NCBI GenBank assembly: GCA_043812975.1
Contig: JBDRLP010000002.1
Span: forward strand, 1 to 18,736
DNA: 18,736 nt
Source of the DNA: Candidatus Iainarchaeum sp.
Lineage (GTDB): Archaea > Iainarchaeota > Iainarchaeia > Iainarchaeales > Iainarchaeaceae
Direction: 5' to 3'
Shown here piece by piece: positions 14,674 to 18,736 of this stretch. The notes beneath the pieces are model-generated. The model was not told the origin of the DNA, did not search any database, and worked only from the letters and a program-made list of their open reading frames with translations. Made by a program: the position numbers and the translations under genes. Every line of letters starts with the position of its first letter. The first letter of the stretch is position 1.

Positions 14674-17600
14674 ATGCAAATTCCTGAAATTGAGAGAAAA
14701 TATCTTGCGGTAGTTGCTGTAGTTATTGCTTTTTTTGTAATTTTTTCTCAGGTTCCTGAAAATACTGATTTTGAGGAAACTTATTACATTACTTATTCAT
14801 CTCTTACTGCCAGAAAATTGGTTTCCAGTTCAAACGGAGTATATGAGGAAACAGTTTCTTTAGCCACTAATAATAATCGGTTTGTGCTTTTCACTGTTTT
14901 TCCGGATTCATTAAGCGAACATTTTTCTGAAAAAGAAGCAACTGGTGTTGTTAAAGAATTAGAAAAAAACAGTGTTTTTGAAACAAGACAAAAAACAGGA
15001 AATTCTGAAGTTTCTGTTAAATTTGTTTTTAATGAAAGACCAGAGAACAGTTCCGGAATAAATGTTGTGCTTGCTGAATCTTTTGTAGATGAACTTTCAG
15101 AATCTCAGCTGAGAGAATTTAATGAAAAATTATTTGAATTAAAAGAATTAAAGCTTTCTCCTGTTAAAGCAAACAAATTTGAAAACGAGATTGCGAAAAA
15201 AATAGTTTCTGCTTATTCTGTTGATTTGAAAGGAAAAGAAAATCAGGACTTAATTTTATTTGCAGGTGCTGGAGTTCCTTTAGAATTTTTTTATTCAATT
15301 CTTTCTGCTATTGAACCAAGTGAAGAGTTTACCGGGCCTGCGGTTACTGAAACTCCTGAACAAGTTCCTTCTTATGTTTCTGTAAAAGACGAGTGGCTTC
15401 CTTCAACAAGAGCTGAAAAAAGAACTGCGTTTGAACAAAAACCTATTCAAGTTGAGGTTGAGGATTACTTTAATCCAAAAGCTTCTACTTCTTTCATGGC
15501 GGTTAACCCTAATGATTTGTCCTCTACTGATTTGGAGGATAATGGTCGTCATTGGATGCCTTCATTTCAGGAGAACAACGGGTATGGTTCAGGAAGATGG
15601 ATTGAAGGAGTTCCGCTTGAAAATTATTCAGTAAAACAAACCCCTACTTATGAGTTTAACCCAAGCTTTAAAAGTGTAACTTACCCTCAGGCTGATGTGC
15701 TTGACAGGCTTGCAGAATTAAATTCAGAAGGCCGGTTAAAAGGTAATTTTGAAAAAAATTTAACTAATTCTGAATTGGATGTTTTTAATTCAATGGTTGA
15801 GCAGGGAGTAATAAGAGAAAACGAGCCTTACAAAATTGAGGTGGATTTTGATTTTACTTCTTATCTTGAACAGCACGAAAGAATTCCTGAGAGCTTTGAA
15901 GGAACCTTATCAACAACTTACACTCCTTTGCTTGGAGGAACAGCTAATTATCCTGTAGAAGTAAATGTTAAACAGATAGATGCTGATGTTCTTTTGGTTA
16001 CTCATGGGGGTCAGCTTGAAAAGGATCCTGGTTATGAAGCTGCTTTACAGAGCTATTCCAAAGCTCTTGAAGCAAAAGGATTGAAAGTTGCATATTATGA
16101 AATTGATGATCCGAAGATTGCAAAGCTTTTTGTTGACAATGATTTCAGCGAGTTTGTTGGTGATGAACCAAACACTGAGTCTACTGAAACACGTGTTCTT
16201 AAAGCGGGGGAAAACGTTGAATTTGGTGACGGGCTTAAAATTAGTGTTAATGAAGATCTTTCATATTCATTTCCATCAACAAGAAATTTAGACATTTCTC
16301 CTGAAGTTGACGAGGAAGCAGGAACTGTAACTTTTGATGTAACCAAATTTAAAATCCCGCAGAATGAGTTCAGACTAAATCGTGTTGCAAAAACAAAAGA
16401 AGTGATTGATACTTTGAGAGTTCACACGGGACCTGATTACCTTGTTGTGCTTGGAGGTGATGAAATTATTCCGATGCCGAGTGTTCATCTTTGGGGAGTT
16501 GAGACGTCTGATTATGTTGGAACAGAAGTTTACACTGATGAACTTTATGGTGCATCAGAACTGGAGTTCGATGATCCAGAAGGAATTAAAATCAGTGCCG
16601 AGGATGAAGGTTTAGAGAAACTCTTTTCAGATATTGTTGTTTCAAGAATGCCTGCGCCTGCAGAATCAAATTCAACAGAACTTATCACCAGACAGCTTGA
16701 AGTAGCAGCAGAATTGCACAATGCAGAGACAAGAGTAACGGATGATGTCGCAATTTATTATGATGATGACCAGCCCACAAAGGCTTCCACGAGGTTTTTT
16801 GACAAGGTTTTCAGACGGGACCGAAATGAAGCAGTTCTTGAAGAGGAAGCAGAATTAATGAATGATTATCTGACAACAGATCACGGTTATTACAATGTTT
16901 CAGATAATTACTCTTATTATTTTCCGAAAGACAATCCCGATAACATCGTAGGAGCTGAAGACAATTCATTTTATGAAACATTACCTGGCCATGATTTGGT
17001 AATGTATTATCTTCATGGTACTGGTGATGAAATAAAAGCTTATGGCCCTCCTGACAAAAAGGAAAATATTACTATGCTGGGTGAGGATGGTAAAGAGAAA
17101 ACTGAGAAAGTTAATGCTACGTATGTTCTTACTTCTTCAGAAAATCTTTCCCAACAGGATATTGATCTTGGCGGTCAAATGGTTTTGTGCACTGCGTGTT
17201 ATGGAGGAAGTCCTTTTGAAAAAGAAAATCCATTGTATGAAGAATTTTTGAGAAAAGGAGCAGGTTCCTTTGTGGGCAACACAGATTTGGGTCGTGGTAT
17301 TGAAGGATCGGAAAATGACATTGGAGGAATTCTCTTTGATGTTGTCGGCGAACTTCGTGAGGGTTCAACTATTGGAGCTGCTGTTCAACAAACTAAATCA
17401 CAAAAATTAACTGCTTTGCAGAAAAATGGTTCTATAAATCCTTTAGAACTGCACCAGCTTTTTAATACTCAGCTTTATGGTGATCCTTTGCATTCGCTAA
17501 ATTTTGATCCTAGTTATGATTCTTTTCCAGAGGGAATGATGCCAAAATCTTCCGGAGAATCTTCTGCAGGAGATGGGGCTGAATCCACTGGTAATGAAGG

Positions 17601-17694
17601 AACCCCTTCCGAAGGAGAAGGTTCTGGTGAAGGAACTTCTGTTCCGCCATTAGTACCAGCTCCTGCTGCAGGTGCTGGGGATGCCGGGAATTAG
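14674..17694 (+). CDS. Membrane-anchored/secreted peptidase C25 (gingipain-like) domain protein
   Basis: N-terminal hydrophobic anchor (YLAVVAVVIAFFVIF); from about aa 438: LLVT, PDYLVVLGGDEIIP, TDELYG, DIVVSRMP, YYLHG (His781), TACYGG (Cys842), GAGSFVG, TIGAA, LYGDP; low-complexity G/S/E tail. Confidence 0.8.
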   Translation: MQIPEIERKYLAVVAVVIAFFVIFSQVPENTDFEETYYITYSSLTARKLVSSSNGVYEETVSLATNNNRFVLFTVFPDSLSEHFSEKEATGVVKELEKNSVFETRQKTGNSEVSVKFVFNERPENSSGINVVLAESFVDELSESQLREFNEKLFELKELKLSPVKANKFENEIAKKIVSAYSVDLKGKENQDLILFAGAGVPLEFFYSILSAIEPSEEFTGPAVTETPEQVPSYVSVKDEWLPSTRAEKRTAFEQKPIQVEVEDYFNPKASTSFMAVNPNDLSSTDLEDNGRHWMPSFQENNGYGSGRWIEGVPLENYSVKQTPTYEFNPSFKSVTYPQADVLDRLAELNSEGRLKGNFEKNLTNSELDVFNSMVEQGVIRENEPYKIEVDFDFTSYLEQHERIPESFEGTLSTTYTPLLGGTANYPVEVNVKQIDADVLLVTHGGQLEKDPGYEAALQSYSKALEAKGLKVAYYEIDDPKIAKLFVDNDFSEFVGDEPNTESTETRVLKAGENVEFGDGLKISVNEDLSYSFPSTRNLDISPEVDEEAGTVTFDVTKFKIPQNEFRLNRVAKTKEVIDTLRVHTGPDYLVVLGGDEIIPMPSVHLWGVETSDYVGTEVYTDELYGASELEFDDPEGIKISAEDEGLEKLFSDIVVSRMPAPAESNSTELITRQLEVAAELHNAETRVTDDVAIYYDDDQPTKASTRFFDKVFRRDRNEAVLEEEAELMNDYLTTDHGYYNVSDNYSYYFPKDNPDNIVGAEDNSFYETLPGHDLVMYYLHGTGDEIKAYGPPDKKENITMLGEDGKEKTEKVNATYVLTSSENLSQQDIDLGGQMVLCTACYGGSPFEKENPLYEEFLRKGAGSFVGNTDLGRGIEGSENDIGGILFDVVGELREGSTIGAAVQQTKSQKLTALQKNGSINPLELHQLFNTQLYGDPLHSLNFDPSYDSFPEGMMPKSSGESSAGDGAESTGNEGTPSEGEGSGEGTSVPPLVPAPAAGAGDAGN

Positions 17695-17753
17695 CTTTTT
17701 AATGGCTTTTCAATTATATTCTATCTGAATATTTAGGTTTATGAGGGATTTTT

Positions 17754-18736
17754 ATGAATAGAACGCATTCTTGCGGGGAATTAACAAAAAAGGAAATTGG
17801 CAAAAAAGTGGTTCTTAATGGCTGGATAGACACCAGAAGAGACCACGGAAACCTTACTTTTATTGATATTAGGGACAGGTACGGCTTAACACAGGTTGTT
17901 TTGAACCCTGAAACCAGTAAAGAAGCTCATGAAACAGGAAAAAAGCTCAGAAGAGAATTTGTTGTTAGGGTTGAGGGTTCTGTAAGGGAAAGACCAACCG
18001 GGAATGTAAATAAGGATTCAAAAACCGGGTCAATAGAAGTTGAGGCAGTTAAACTTGAAATTATTTCAAGTTCACTTCCATTACCAATTGAAGCTTCTGA
18101 CAAAAAACAATCAAGTGAAGAATCAAGGTTAACTTACCGCTATCTTGATTTGAGAAGTGAAGAAATGCAGAAGAATATTATTGCAAGACACAGGATTACA
18201 AAAATTGTAAGAGATTTTTATGATGAAAACGGTTTCCTTGATATTGAAACACCAATACTTGCAAAGAGTACTCCGGAAGGTGCAAGGGATTATTTGGTGC
18301 CAAGCAGAGTAAACAAGGGAAAGTTTTTTGCTTTGCCTCAGTCACCGCAAATTTTCAAGCAATTGATTATGCTTTCTGGTTTTGACAGGTACATGCAGAT
18401 TGCGAGATGTTTTCGTGATGAGGATTTAAGAGCGGACAGGCAACCGGAATTTACTCAGATTGATGTTGAAATGAGTTTTATTACAGAGGAAGATATTTTT
18501 GAAATTCATGAAAAATTAATGCACAGAATCTGGAAAGAATTTTTTGGATTAGAGTTAAAGATTCCTTTTCCTAAGTATGATTACCAAGAGGTTATTGATC
18601 GCTGGGGTGTTGACAGGCCTGATTTAAGATTTGGTTTGGAATTAGTTGATGTTACAGAAATAATCGGAAATGCAGGCTTCAATGCTTTCGAATCAGTGGT
18701 TGCCGGCGGCGGAATAATAAAAGGAATAACTGTTCC
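17754..18736 (+). CDS. aspS: Aspartate--tRNA ligase, bacterial type, probably non-discriminating Asp/Asn; 3' end outside window
   Basis: Not in ORF track. Manual translation: MNRTHSCGEL...GWIDTRRDHGNLTFIDIRDRYGLTQVV...RLTYRYLDLR...IETPILAKSTPEGARDYLVPSRV...ALPQSPQIFKQ...QIARCFRDEDLRADRQPEFTQIDVEMSF...GVDRPDLRFGLEL. GAGG SD at 17743-17746; TTATAT at 17714-17719. Confidence 0.97.
   Translation, partial: MNRTHSCGELTKKEIGKKVVLNGWIDTRRDHGNLTFIDIRDRYGLTQVVLNPETSKEAHETGKKLRREFVVRVEGSVRERPTGNVNKDSKTGSIEVEAVKLEIISSSLPLPIEASDKKQSSEESRLTYRYLDLRSEEMQKNIIARHRITKIVRDFYDENGFLDIETPILAKSTPEGARDYLVPSRVNKGKFFALPQSPQIFKQLIMLSGFDRYMQIARCFRDEDLRADRQPEFTQIDVEMSFITEEDIFEIHEKLMHRIWKEFFGLELKIPFPKYDYQEVIDRWGVDRPDLRFGLELVDVTEIIGNAGFNAFESVVAGGGIIKGITV

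Noticed and set aside
294..17368. Remaining short ORFs in the track (294-479, 570-806, 2870-3130, 4267-4479, 8853-9041, 9500-9772, 10886-11068, 11306-11509, 11602-11835, 12964-13185, 15431-15634, 16088-16291, 16095-16346, 17042-17251, 17129-17368)
   Set aside because: All lie within well-supported longer genes, antisense or out of frame, with no recognisable motifs.
1..18736. CRISPR array, IS element, rRNA or known defence system
   Set aside because: No regularly spaced repeats, transposase or terminal inverted repeats, or long structured RNA seen; the MBL nuclease has no defence-type partner genes.

Overview
AT-rich, gene-dense archaeal chromosomal segment, most likely from a DPANN lineage (inferred from the fibrillarin/Nop5 pair, archaeal-type GlyRS, TATA boxes about 25 nt upstream of ATGs, a TrmB-family regulator and an intron-less tRNA without encoded CCA). 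From left to right: (1) a minus-strand operon glyS-nop5-fibrillarin-pantoate kinase-like GHMP kinase, the last truncated by the window and missing from the ORF track; (2) tRNA-Thr(CGT); (3) two large membrane-anchored Ig/PKD surface proteins; (4) a small protein resembling a degenerate lumazine-synthase/archaeal RibC fold, and a long coiled-coil protein; (5) a TrmB regulator plus an atypical fold-type II PLP enzyme; (6) an unannotated three-gene micro-operon (47-aa C2H2 zinc finger, 118-aa membrane protein, 48-aa 2-TM peptide) behind a GC-rich hairpin that buries the first Shine-Dalgarno site; (7) a beta-CASP/MBL nuclease, a rhomboid protease with a ~50-aa insertion and a 1006-aa membrane-anchored gingipain-like (C25) peptidase; (8) the 5' part of a bacterial-type aspS with the non-discriminating H31/G83 signature, also missing from the ORF track. 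The best candidates for undescribed biology are the hairpin-gated micro-operon, the rhomboid plus C25 module and the remodelled Nop5. No mobile element or CRISPR array is visible. All family calls come from motif recognition by eye; no searches were run.
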